64,000 nucleotides of DNA from Paragordius varius (Eukaryota; Animalia; Nematomorpha): NCBI GenBank assembly GCA_964247055.1, contig OZ176051.1, positions 4,154,001-4,218,000 of the forward strand, in the 5' to 3' direction. The translations under genes and the position numbers were made by a program. Position 1 is the first letter of the stretch. Each line of letters opens with the position of its first letter. The notes below the pieces were generated by a model. The model had not been told where the DNA came from. It did no database searches and saw nothing but the letters and a program-made list of their open reading frames with translations. Shown piece by piece: positions 26,101 through 38,677 of the stretch.

Positions 26101-29100
26101 TCAGCTAGAATATTTTATTGTTCATCCTCGAATAATCTTTCAAATAATTGGTATAGATGTAAAATTTTGTTAGAAAGATATAAAACCAATTTTTGAAAGA
26201 ATCTTATATAGTTTAAACTGTTCTTATTTTAAATAGATTAACCAACGTATGCAAACATCCATATACTTCTTTTAAATTGTGCTAATTATATTATTTATGG
26301 AAAAAGAATTTGTTAATTGCACTTCACGTATTTTACAAAATGATCAAATACGGTTACTTGCTAACATAAATGAAATGTACAGTAAAGACAAAAATTTATG
26401 ACAAAACTTTAAACCACCAAAATATTAAATACTCATAAAATATGCCCATTGATCTAAAGTATGATTTGTTTTCTTTCTATCTCTCTGATACTTTACAAGG
26501 TATACTTTAACTCGTAATGATATTTATGTGAATCTATTGTATTACACGAAAAGCAGTTATTAATATTTTATTTGCGCTCTCCATAAATAATGGTTAAAAG
26601 ATAGCTTTGAAATATTTAGCTCCAGACTATAATTTCCAAAGGATGAATATGGCACAGATAACCTTTTTTTAAAGTAAAAATAAATGTGAAATGATTGAAT
26701 GTGATGTCAAATGTTTCGGTTAACGTGTGTAATAGCTTGCTTGCTTGCTCGCTCGCTTGTTCCCCCCCTCTTTGCTAAAAAAAACTGAATATCACATACA
26801 TATATTTTTTATATGGAAAAGTAGAAGTAAGTTAACGAACTTTTAACCTTTTTTTACCTTTTTTTCCTCTGGTGAATGATGAATGCACAACATATAGTTG
26901 ACAAAGTTTATACAGTGCACAGTATAAGCTCGATCATCATAATAGATAGTTTGTGTTGTTTGTTAGAGTAAAGTATGAATTTGAAACAACACACTCTAGT
27001 ATATGTCTATCCCTAGAGCATTACGTTTGCAATGCAATTTGAATCACCTTAAAGTACCATAAACATCACTTATAGAATCATATCAAAGCTTCGCATACCT
27101 ATTGAAATAAGTTTATATCGCTCTCATATGATGCTAAAATTTAACTTAGGAAAGACTGGAAAAATTAATATTGTATTCATTATGGTTATACATTTCGAGA
27201 GTTTTTTTAAAGCCTACTACATTGCAACTGCAATTAGCTTAGCTCGAGGTTAAACTCTGAATTATCTGTACAGTGCAATCTTTTTTTGCTTTTAATTATT
27301 TTGCTATATTTATTTTAATTATTATTATTATTATTATTATATCTGTTACATATGTCAAATGCTCTATATTGACATCCAGGTTAACCTTATTTTACAATAC
27401 TATAAAATTAAGTGTAATATATAGTTATGTAGTTAGCTAAATGACACGCGAAACTATGAACGATTACTTTTCACCGTTATAAATTTAAGTTTTATATGTC
27501 TACATAAATATATAAGCTTAATTATATATTGGAGTAATATGTAGAAGTCTTTTTTAAATGTTAACAAATTTGAAGAGAATTAATTTGGGTTAAAACATTG
27601 TAAAAATTGAAATACAGTCTATCTACCATCACCTCCAAAAATAAAATTAACGGAACTACTAAAAAATAAAAATCAATTTTTCACAACGTTCTTAGTGTTA
27701 ACGTAGCTAAGAGATTTTGTCAAATTTAATAGTTTAAACCATTCATTTCCTAAGTTTGTCAAATATTTAAATTATAAAATCCTTATCCCCCATGCCTTTT
27801 CACATAGAAAAGATAAAATTCTCTAATTTTTTGCCTCATTTAAAGTTATCGGTCTTAACCCATAAAATATAATATTGTGGCATTTTATTCTAAAATATGA
27901 TATTTATTAGGGATGTATTTTTTAGGCAGTTCTAATTAAAAAAAATTTCTAACTGTTAAACTTAGCGTTTAGCAATATCGAAAAAAAAATATTTTTAATT
28001 ATAACCGCTTGGTCTTTATATTTTTAGAATTTATATTGAACTTTTATTAATTAATATTCTTTTACCTTTTTTAGATGCCCCGCTAAAAGATCCACATCCT
28101 ACCCTAAACATCCTACTTTCATCCAAATTTAATAATAAAAAGGAAAATAACCATGAAACATTATTACAGAATGGTAAACAGCACGAATTATTGAATGGGA
28201 TGAAAGATGAATCGTATTTAAAGGAGGGACACATTGAAAATGGTCTTGATTTGAACAACCGAACACTAATCCACACATTAGCTAAAAATAATTTGGCTTT
28301 TTTATTTCCACCGTTTAACCCACCCCTACTTTCGGCTATAAAAGCTGATAATCATAACGATAGCGAAACGAATAGAGAAAACAAAAGCGTAAAACTTAAC
28401 CCAAAAGATACCAACAAAGATTTGTTTTTCGAAAGCACGGACCGACTTTTATGCGGAACATGTGGTAAAACATTTGATTCCAACAATGCCCTAAACTTTA
28501 TTAAACACAGAATTATAGAATCTCATTATAATACTCAACTTGTTTGCAATTCCGAAGTAGAAAAGAAAAATAAAAATATGGTTAATGCCACATTCATTGA
28601 AAATCGATGCTTTTCTGAACCAATCTTGGTTGATCCCATACCAATTCACTCTGAGCCTTTAACTTCCGAAGAAAAATTAAACAATTATCATATTTGGTAT
28701 CATCCGTTATTGCTCTCCAAACAACAAAAAGATTCAAAATTTGTTCACAACTCATTTGTATTTGAAGAGTCATTAAACGACTTAACAGATAAAAATAAAG
28801 AAAATGCGAAACTAAATAAAAAATCTTATTCCTTAACCGATTTAAGCGCGCAACAGACGATGAAACAATACGTTCAAACAGTTTACCCATCAAAGGATGA
28901 TTTGATAGGAATGAGGGGAGATAGTTTCCAACATAAACATTACCATGTGACATTAAACCCTGTGCCTAAAATAATAGGTTATAAACATATTACATTGAAA
29001 ATTAAAGCAAATAAGCATTTTTATTGGTCAAAATATTTAATAACTAAAATTTTTAAAAATTTATAAGTTAATGTCTATTAATAAGTTTATCTATCTTTAT

Positions 29101-32100
29101 TTTATGTTTTGCGATTATGGATAATTTAATTTTAATCTCTCATTATATTTAACACATTTTAGTCAAACCTACCTCTCAAATATGTAAAATGGTCCAAAGA
29201 GGTCACCAACCTGCCGCATTTAACTGCTTGCATTGTAAATTTACCACACAAAATTCTCTTTCAATGCTTTTACATATCAAAGAAATGCATAATAATATAG
29301 AAATTTGCAAAATTTCTCTTACTACTACGCCAGATCCCACACTATTAATTAAGGGAAAGTCACCCGCTTCTCCCACACGAAAATGTGATGGTGAACTTGA
29401 ATCTAGTGCAAATCTGTTTGATAGCTGGCTCCTGAAATCCCTGGAAAAGGATTTTGAAAGCTCACCAAAGTTGCCTTCGACGGACAAAACTGCAGATTTT
29501 TCAAGCGATAATGATGCGTCATCCGCTAACAAATATTTAATACAATACCTTACGAAATTGTATGCCTACAATACTAATAAATCATCTTTAAACGATGACA
29601 AAACGAGAGAAAAGTATATGACAAACTATAAACTTTATATGGAAAACGTAAACGAAGTTTACAAAAGCATGTTGGCAAAAAATCGCCACAATACAGACTT
29701 GTCCGAAGAAACATTCTTGAATGGCAATCAATTTCGCAAAGACTCCTACAACAGTAGTTCTTTGGGCATTCACTCAATGGAGGGCAGCAACGTTTTTAGC
29801 CCAACAGAACTGGAGATGACCAAACTTTTGTTTGCCAGCCGAAATAATAACTTAAGTTATAACGATTATACGAACATAAATCACAAGGAAAATAACAAGA
29901 GTTCAGATATTAACGATGAAGAAGAGGAGGAAATGGAAGGCGAGGAAGAATTCGAGAGTGAAGGCAGTGGAGAGGAATTCAATGAAAGCTTTAGAAGGAA
30001 TGGTAGTTTGTTAAATGGAGGAGATCACGACACCATGTTAAATCATCAGGATTACGAAAACAATGGGAATTCAACATTGTTGAATAGCTTTGGACACAAT
30101 GGTTCAGTTAATGGTACAGCTGGTGGTAAAGTGAAAGATTGCGAATTTTGTGGAAAATCATTTAGGTATTTTGGTTGACAATTTTTTATGTGTTTGTGAA
30201 TGCATAGATTACCATGACTATGACCACTTATAAAAATGAACTGTAATAAACTATCAAATGTTTATCACCTGATTAAAATAACTTTAATTTAATGTGAGAA
30301 AATTATGTATTCGTATGATTTATTAAATTTTTTTCAATTTATTAAATTTATAAATATATTTTAACTATGGTAATGACTGTTTATAAGTGCATTTATGAGC
30401 GGTCAGATCATATTTTATTTTTAATATATAATATTTATTTTCACTATACTTTAGATTCATGAGCAATCTAATTGTCCATCGACGATCTCACACCGGTGAA
30501 AAACCTTACAAATGTTCGCTTTGTAGTCATGCCTGTACCCAAGCTAGTAAACTTAAAAGACACATGAAAACGCATTTAAATAAACCACCAACAACTCTCT
30601 CATCATCTCAAATGCCAGCATCTTTTTCAATGATTAATTCTGTTATCAACAATAATAACAGCACATTATCGAGCCCAAATAATCAAAATGTTAATAACGC
30701 GACAGGCAATCATAGTTACAATTTAACGAGCAATGGCAATAACCCAATCGCGATTGATCACTATTCGCCATCGATCTCTAGTAATTTTCTTAATATTAGT
30801 GGTGGGGATGTTTGGAAGAGCTTGAAACAAAGTTTACAAAAATATAACGCATACAATGGGAACAATAACGGATCTGAACAAACACTCTTAGCTCCACCCA
30901 CTTCAGTTGAACTTGAAAGAATGTTAAAGCGAGAACCTCCTCAATCTAAATTAATCGACAAAACCGCATCTCAGCAACAACAATCAAGCGATATCAGTTC
31001 AACACTCACAAATAATTCTAATGGTAGGACAAAACAAATATCTGAATTGCAAAAGAAACTCTTGCCTTCCCTCATCTCCTCAGATGATAAAATGACGTTG
31101 ATAAACCAAATTATGCAGAATTATGGTTTCGATCAGCAAAATAACCGAGATAAATCTACAATGGGTATGAACATTTCAGAGATAAATAGGTTATTTGCTG
31201 GCTCAACTAAAAACAGACCTATGGCTAATGGCCAATCCAATAAACGTTTAAATGAAATGCTTGATGATACTCTAAGTTCACACGAAAATGATTTAAACAC
31301 CATCAAACGAAAGCGAGAAAGTTCGGATAGCTCTTCTCTTCAAAATGGTTCAGAAGATATTAGGAAAAACCAGGCGACCGAGTTATTAAATGATACCACA
31401 AGACTGAACGGAGTCAATGGGAGTGACCATACATCAGATTTATCTGGTACGCAAACTTCGCCATCTATGATAGTTGACGCTTCCTCGCAAAATGATATAA
31501 CCGTAACGGATCACAATAATAACCACATTTTCGGTAGCAATAATCTCCAAAAAGCTACCATAAACAGTATATTAACTGCAACATCAGAACAAAATTCTTC
31601 CCATTCGACGGGTTTGTACGTAGATGAGGACTTGCGAACGACCATCAGTACCATACTGAATGGCAAGAATTCTCGATATTCCGATTATAATAATGGAAGC
31701 ATTAAATCTATCATGAATGATTTCAATACTAACAGTAATGTCAACACCAATTCATCATCCCAAAATGATGGAGTTACTCTTAATTCAATGGTCGCTGATG
31801 CCATGAACAATCAAGCAGGAGCTGCTAACAAGCGGACCGCTACTTGTGAATTTTGTGGTAAAGTGTTTCGGAATTGTAGCAATTTGACAGTTCATCGAAG
31901 AAGTCATACGGGAGAAAAGCCATATAAATGTGCTTTGTGCCCATATGCTTGTGCCCAAAGTTCGAAATTGACGCGGCATATGCGTACTCATGGACGCCTA
32001 ACTGATAAAGTTGTATATCGGTAAGTAAAGTTTTACATTTTTTTCTACATATACCATAATTATTGAATGTTTATTTATTGAACTTTATTTATGATTTTAT

Positions 32101-33447
32101 AGCTGTCGTTTTTGCGATATGCCATTTTCACTCCCCACTACACTGCAAAAACATATGCGGAAATGTCTTTTATCATTTACGGCCCAAACGAATCCAGAGC
32201 TTGCTGGAGCCAGCGATGAAATTAATGCTTTGCTGGCGAACCGCGCAACCAATGGACACAAAGGCGGAAAGCTGAATTTATCATCAAACATTGATATTGA
32301 AAGCCTTAAAATGACACCCAGTGACTATTACAATAAATATTTTGCGAACTCAGTAGCGAACATGGCAGCCGGGAAACGCCTATTTGCATCAAAGAAACAG
32401 GGAGCCAATAAGAAACTAAATGCAGTTGAAGAGTCGGACAACAAGAATAATATAAGCAGCAGTCCGGCATCCATCAAAAGAGAATTTACAAACCATGTTG
32501 GAGATGGTGTCGAAAGTACTGAAACAACTAATGGTTTTGATAGGGAGAGACTTGAAAACCTTATCATGGCTTCACGTAATGTGGAAGGTAAAAATTTATC
32601 AGAAAATGTAAATGGAAATAGTGATGCTCCTCTAACAATCGCCGAAGATGATAACATCAAGTCAGAAACGACAGAAAGTGAAACGCATGCGCCAAAAGAA
32701 AACAGTGAAATAAAAGATGGTCAACTCAACAGCGAAAATAGCGGATCTGATGATGCTAAAGACGAAGTATTTGATGTTGGAACCATTTTTTCCAAGAATC
32801 ATTTCAGTTACAACAGTTATAAACGCATGTCTAATCGTTCACGTTTAAACAGCGAAAGTGGCAATGGTACAGGCTTTGCAAATAATCTGAATGGGATGTC
32901 CACACCGACAAATAACAGTCATAATAGCAGCACTAACAAATCTGGTAAATTTACACATCTTATCGGAGGAGGAGGGTATATCAATGGATTATCAGGTGCA
33001 ACAAAAATCGTTCCACCAGAATCGCCTAAATCATCGAAAAATGTAGATGGTCAAAATAATGATACTTTTTTGACACCCAATAGCGCAAAAACTAATGGTT
33101 TGACGAATAAATCATCAACAAGCAGTCCTACCACCTCTGTGGCCACCAATCCATATGCAAATTTACATGATTTATATGCTTCAGCATACTATGCAAATTA
33201 TTTGAAAATGGCGGCTGCCTTCTTTGCCTCCCCGTCAAATTGTAACAATGGGACTGGAATTACGACATCTGGTTCCTCCTCTATGAAAAATGAATTGATT
33301 AAAAAATATTTGGAACAACAGAATCAACAAAAAGTTCAAAATAAGAATGAGAACGATAACTTACTTTCCGCTAAAGGTATGATGTTTGGTGGAGCGCCGC
33401 CCTCTTTTATCGCTGGGGCTTCGAATACTTCAAATGGCATCAGTTAA
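20358..33447 (+). CDS. BCL11: BCL11-family C2H2 zinc-finger transcription factor (BCL11A/B, Drosophila Chronophage-like), 5 coding exons
   Basis: Exon 1 (20358-20448) is [11 protein letters not shown], the NuRD-binding motif. Other exons: 28075-28977 (ZnF0-like [10 protein letters not shown]...FIKH), 29163-30165 (ZnF1 and start of ZnF2), 30455-32020 ([49 protein letters not shown] and [49 protein letters not shown]), and 32103-33447 ([21 protein letters not shown] plus tail). All splice phases are compatible. Confidence 0.93.
21327..21408. repeat. Exact 41-bp tandem duplication in BCL11 intron 1
   Basis: ATTGAGTACAAGGTTATAAGCCTTAGAGGCAAAATATTCCT x2 (21327-21367, 21368-21408). Confidence 0.95.
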
Positions 33448-35753
33448 ATTTATCATTCATATATATATATATATATATATATACTATACTCTATTTAATG
33501 GTCATTTTTTACTCACTATGCAAACCTTTATATAATAATTAATGTAAAAGTACTCACCCATATTATTTTAAGACAATCTACTGAATCATATATATGTATG
33601 TATATACAATTTTATCAAACTCAGGGATTATGTTTATATAACATACTGTATATAAAAACAGATTATCATATAAAAAATGAATAGCTGATATCCACATATT
33701 TAACTGTCGAACCGGCATATTAATGTTTAAATTTTATAACTTTTCTGTAAATTAAATGTTGTATATAATGATACTAATATTTTTATGTCTTATATATGTA
33801 AAACCACCACTATACAATCCGCCTATGCAATTATTTTTAGTATTTTTATTTTTTTATAGAAAATTTTATTTTTTGTAGAATAGCTATCAGTTTATACTTT
33901 TATGTTTTAGATATGTAAGTTTTTATGCAAACAAATTACAGATTATATACATTAGGCATTTTCGAGATCTTTTTGTCATATATATTATCATTTCACATAT
34001 TTATATCGTACTTCTGTACCAGTGAAAATTATTATCAAATTTATGATTTTTACGACAAAATATAGGTAAAACTAACCACATTTTATCTATCATAATTTAA
34101 AATTATGTGCATAGTTTTTCGTTTTCAACAACTATAAAGATTTTTGAATTTTTATGGACTAATTTATGAATTATGCAAAATCATATGTTTTAAGGCAGTT
34201 GAAAGAACCTTATTTTTGAGTGAGAAACATGAAAAATACAATATAGAAATTTGCCAACGATTCCCGGTATTTTATGAGAAATCAACATAAAAAATTGTTG
34301 TAATATGTATAATATTTTTTTTATAAACTTTCAGATTTTATTTTGTCAAAAATGTAATGTACACCTTATATATAAAAACACCATACCTACCTATATAAAT
34401 GTTTATATAAAGCATTAGCATATAAATAATACATAATACAATAAATTAAAATCATCTATTATATCTTTACCCTAACAGAAACATACTTTTAGCTCTGAAG
34501 GACCGGTCATTTAATATCGGTTAATATCATACACTTTTCGAATATTTAGAAGGATATCCTTAAAAATACATCAACATAGAGTTTCATGTTCTCCCAATAA
34601 AATATTTAATTATTATTTTCATAAATTATATGATTTTTCTCCACCAAAGATAAATTTAAATTTTTTTTTTCAGATGTATCAATTGATGTCGAAAAGTGAT
34701 TATGTTCTCCCAATTCTGGTGTGCTGTAAAATATTATGCGCTTAAATAAAATTTTGATAAATTTGAAAAATAATTGATTTTACCTGGCAGAAATTAATTT
34801 CGCATTATTAATTTCAAGTGTGTAAAATCTTTAACGATGGTATTTTGGGTTTGGGATTATCCTTATGGTATATAGCAGTGATACTCAAACCGCGGCCCGC
34901 GGGCCGCATGCGGCCCTAAGAATGCTTTAAAATTACCCTATGACCATATTGATACTTAATTAATTTTTTTATATATGAATTTTTAAAATACACATAAACG
35001 AATTTTCGTTTATTTTAAAATTAATTTATTTTCTTTAAATCTATTTCGTAATTACTATTTTTTACCCAATTTGGTATAAAAATTTCCCTACATAAAATGA
35101 TTTCAAAATTTTGCCACACGTCTCTGTTTCTGTATTTTATTTTAAAATTTTTATTGGATTCCTTTTTTGTATTTAAGCAAGCTTTTCACCCAAACTTGCA
35201 TATGCATATTCTTTTCATCGCTATCCTGCATCATTTTATATAACTCATTCCCATAAAATATTTTTCAAATCAACATCATTAAATTTTTACCTATTTTTTA
35301 TAGCATAATTTAAATTATATTCCTATTTTTTGCAAAAATTTACATAATTTTTAAATATAAATTCAAAGGATGACATCTAATGAAAAACGTAAATTATCCG
35401 ATAAAAATCGCTCTTTAAAAAGGAATGGGAAGAAAAATTCTTTGTCGATTTTAAAAATGTTGATACCTGCCTTATATGCAAGGACAACATAATTATAAAA
35501 AAATACAAGATTGCAAGACATTTTACAATCCATCATTCTCATAAATTACCAGAAAATCATGAGGAAAGAAACGAAAAAAATAAAAAATTAAGGAATTATA
35601 CCAGAAAGAAAATCTATTATTTTTATAGCTTTCTCCCAGGAAAAGTTGTAACATTAGCTTCGTATGAAATTGTTATAATTTAGGAAAAAATATGAAACCG
35701 TTTACTGATTCCCAACTAATAAAAAAAAGTGGTAGCACATTTTTCGATAATAA

Positions 35754-38677
35754 CACTGCTCAACAAGGTTTTGCACCACCCCATTATTTTTGCATTTTCT
35801 GATACCTAATGGCATGGATAGGCCAAAACAAAAAAGAAAATTGAGGCCACCAATAGGATTTTTTCAAAATTTAATTTTTAAATTTGTATTAATTCAAAAT
35901 TAACAATCATTCCTCGTGTACATATGTTTAAATATTCAAACAAGCAAGTCGATACAAGTAATTTTTCCTGCATGGATAACAAATTCTAGGCATAAAATAA
36001 GAACTAAACAAGCTAAGAGCCAAAGTATTAAAAATCTAAAAGGGGCTTATGTATAGTGTGATAGATATGGGCGGCTGCACAAGCTCTGCATATCCCCCAA
36101 GCGATCCTATAATTATGCCAGATATGGCAAAGATAACAATAAGTAATCGTAAAGTCAGATAAGAGAGACTTGCAAGCAAAATCGTGGCAAATTGACATGT
36201 CAAATTAACCAATTTACAGAATAAAGTTAGATAAATTCTACAATTAAATTGAATAAAAAGATTAGGTAAATACAAATGGTCCACCATAATAGTAAATTCT
36301 ACTAAAAGTGGCTACACAACATCCATCTGAAATTCAAAATACAAAACAACCAATAATTTTAAAAAAATAAGGTATATCCACTAGGTATAAATAATGGATT
36401 TTTTATAAGAACCAACTCAAGAGAAAAAGTCTAATAAGTACTCGAAAGAACGAAAACCAACAAAAAAAATATAGCCTATCTGAAAGCTGAAGGTTTAAAC
36501 AATAGGATGCCTTTTTTAGTATTTTTTTAAAAAATTTTTATATGTGTTAAAAATTCACTTGAAAAAAAGACTAAATTTTGACGTTTAAGTCCGTACTATT
36601 TTTTTCTCTCTGATATTTAAATGACATATTTATATTCAAAATATAGAGTTTAAAACGCTTTATTAAATGATATTAAGTTTATAATATAATAACATACTAG
36701 CGTGAATCTCGTGCTGCTACGCAGCCCGAGGAAGTCCTTCGGACTTCTGGGGGGGGGGGGGGGGGGGGTTCGAAGTTTGGATTTGAATGGGTCTACCGTT
36801 TTTCCTGTAGATCACAAAGCCAGCATTTTCCATTTTTATAAATATATAGATTACCATAAATAATGTTTTAATATCCATATATCTTTTAACATGCTATACA
36901 TATGATAAATACTCCTTACTCAGCAGCTATCATCAAAGAAACGCTTGATTAAAATGTTTGCCTTTTAACAGGGAATACGTGGAATTCATATAGAATTTTT
37001 ACGGTCTCATACCTAGGGCGAAAAATCGATTTAGAAAATTATTTTTGTGGACTTTGTTTTTTGAAAAAGGTGGCATTTTACGGGGGGAGCGGGTAAAAAG
37101 AGGGCCTAAATCAAAAAAGTGGCTCGGCTATGTTCGGCGCAATCGAAAATAAGTAAACAAAAATCATATTTGAAATTGAATGGTCCAACACGTTCTCCGG
37201 AAAATTGTCTCAAAAACACGATTATGTGGACTTGTGTTTTCAAAAAAAACCCGTTTTTCATACGGGGTGGGCCCGAACTGGGGGCCTATTTCAAAAAAAG
37301 GGCGAAGCTATTGTCGGGACATTTATTAATGATTATATTTTTTCGATATTTGGATTTGATTGGGTCTACCGGTTTTCCTGTACCAGATCACAAAGCCAGC
37401 ATTTTCCATTTTTATAAATATATAGATGAGGATAAATAATGTATTAATATCCATATATCTTTTAACATGCTATGCATATGATAGATACTCCTTACTCAGC
37501 ATCTATCATCAAAGAAACGCTTGACTAAAATTTTTGCCTTTTACCAGGCAATACGAAAAATCTTTCTCGAATTTTTACAGTCTCATACCGTGGACAAAAA
37601 AATACAATCAAAAAAATATTTTTGTGGACTTTGTTTTTTTTGAAAAAAATGGCATTTTACGGGGGTAGCGGGTAAAAAGAGGGCCTAAATCAAAAAAGTG
37701 ACTCGACCATGTTCAGCGCGATCAAAAATAAGTAAACAAAATTCATATTTGAAATTGAATGGTCCAACACGTTCTCCAAAAAATTGACCTAACCCAATTT
37801 TCACACGGGGTGGCCCCGAACTGGGGACCTAATTCCAAAAAAGGGCGAAGCTATTGTCGGGCCATTCATTAATGATTATATTTTTTCGATATTTGGATTT
37901 GATTGGGATCACTGGTTTTCCGGAAACAGTTCACAAAGTTATATGAAAAATCAGTTTTTAGCGGGTAGCTCCTTACCCAGCAGCTATCATCAAATAAACG
38001 GTGGACTAAAATTTTTGCCTTTTAACAGGGAATACGTGGAATCCATATAGAATTTTTACGGTCTCATACCTAGGGCGAAAAATCGATTTAGAAAATTATT
38101 TTTGTGGACTTTGTTTTTTGAAAAAGGTGGCATTTTACGGGGGGAGCGGGTAAAAAGAGGGCCTAAATCAAAAAAGTGGCTCGGCTATGTTCGGCGCAAT
38201 CGAAAATAAGTAAACAAAAATCATATTTGAAATTGAATGGTCCAACACGTTCTCCGGAAAATTGTCTCAAAAACACGATTATGTGGACTTGTGTTTTCAA
38301 AAAAAACCCGTTTTTCATACGGGGTGGGCCCGAACTGGGGGCCTATTTCAAAAAAAGGGCGAAGCTATTGTCGGGACATTTATTAATGATTATATTTTTT
38401 CGATATTTGGATTTGATTGGGTCTACCGGTTTTCCTGTACCAGATCACAAAGCCAGCATTTTCCATTTTTATAAATATATAGATTATTATGAAGTTATAT
38501 TTAATTTTCTCTCGATTTTCACTTGTTTTTGAAAAATTGAAAAACCTATAAAATTTCAAAATTCTGATTGGCGGGATCAAAGATTTTTTCAAATTCGGTT
38601 TTAAAACACTGAAATCTGTCAAAATTTAAAAAGTTTGAGGGGTGGTGCTTAAAAATGTCCAAATTTGTCGACTAGTG
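35754..38677. mobile_element. Chapaev3-like (CMC superfamily) non-autonomous element nested in the hAT transposase
   Basis: Left end CACTGCTCAACA...GCACCACCC; right end (reverse complement) CACTAGTCGACA...GCACCACCC. The TSD is 3-bp TAA (35751-35753, 38678-38680). Removing it restores the hAT coding segment. Confidence 0.75.
36697..38483 (-). mobile_element. Helitron tandem array: three 5' ends and one 3' end, including a 154-bp mini-Helitron (36697-36850)
   Basis: On the minus strand, the 5' TCTATATATTTATAAAAATGG starts at 38483, 37426 and 36850. The 3' hairpin GCTGCGTAGCAGC plus CTAG|T ends at 36697. Blocks ~36930-37426 and ~37990-38483 are near-identical (offset 1057 bp), and ~37430-37925 is a diverged block. 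There is a G20 tract at 36749-36768. Confidence 0.88.

Noticed and set aside
28031-32660. Minus-strand ORFs overlapping BCL11 exons
   Set aside because: They are antisense shadows of long coding exons, with no splice or motif support. The same applies to 53520, 54480 and 63269 in TANGO1.
33448-34400. Pumilio (TGTANATA) and AU-rich elements in the BCL11 3' UTR
   Set aside because: They are expected by chance at this AT content and cannot be supported without conservation data.
35900-36450. Transposase remnant inside the Chapaev3-like element
   Set aside because: All frames are interrupted and I could not recognise Chapaev zinc-finger or DDE motifs; a translated HMM search would be needed.
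37119-38622. Duplicated ORFs (37119, 37205, 38176, 38262, 38383; also 13727, 14877, 41008, 41024) as a protein family
   Set aside because: They are chance frames in the non-coding Helitron body. They occur on both strands, differ in frame between copies, and have no Rep/helicase motifs.
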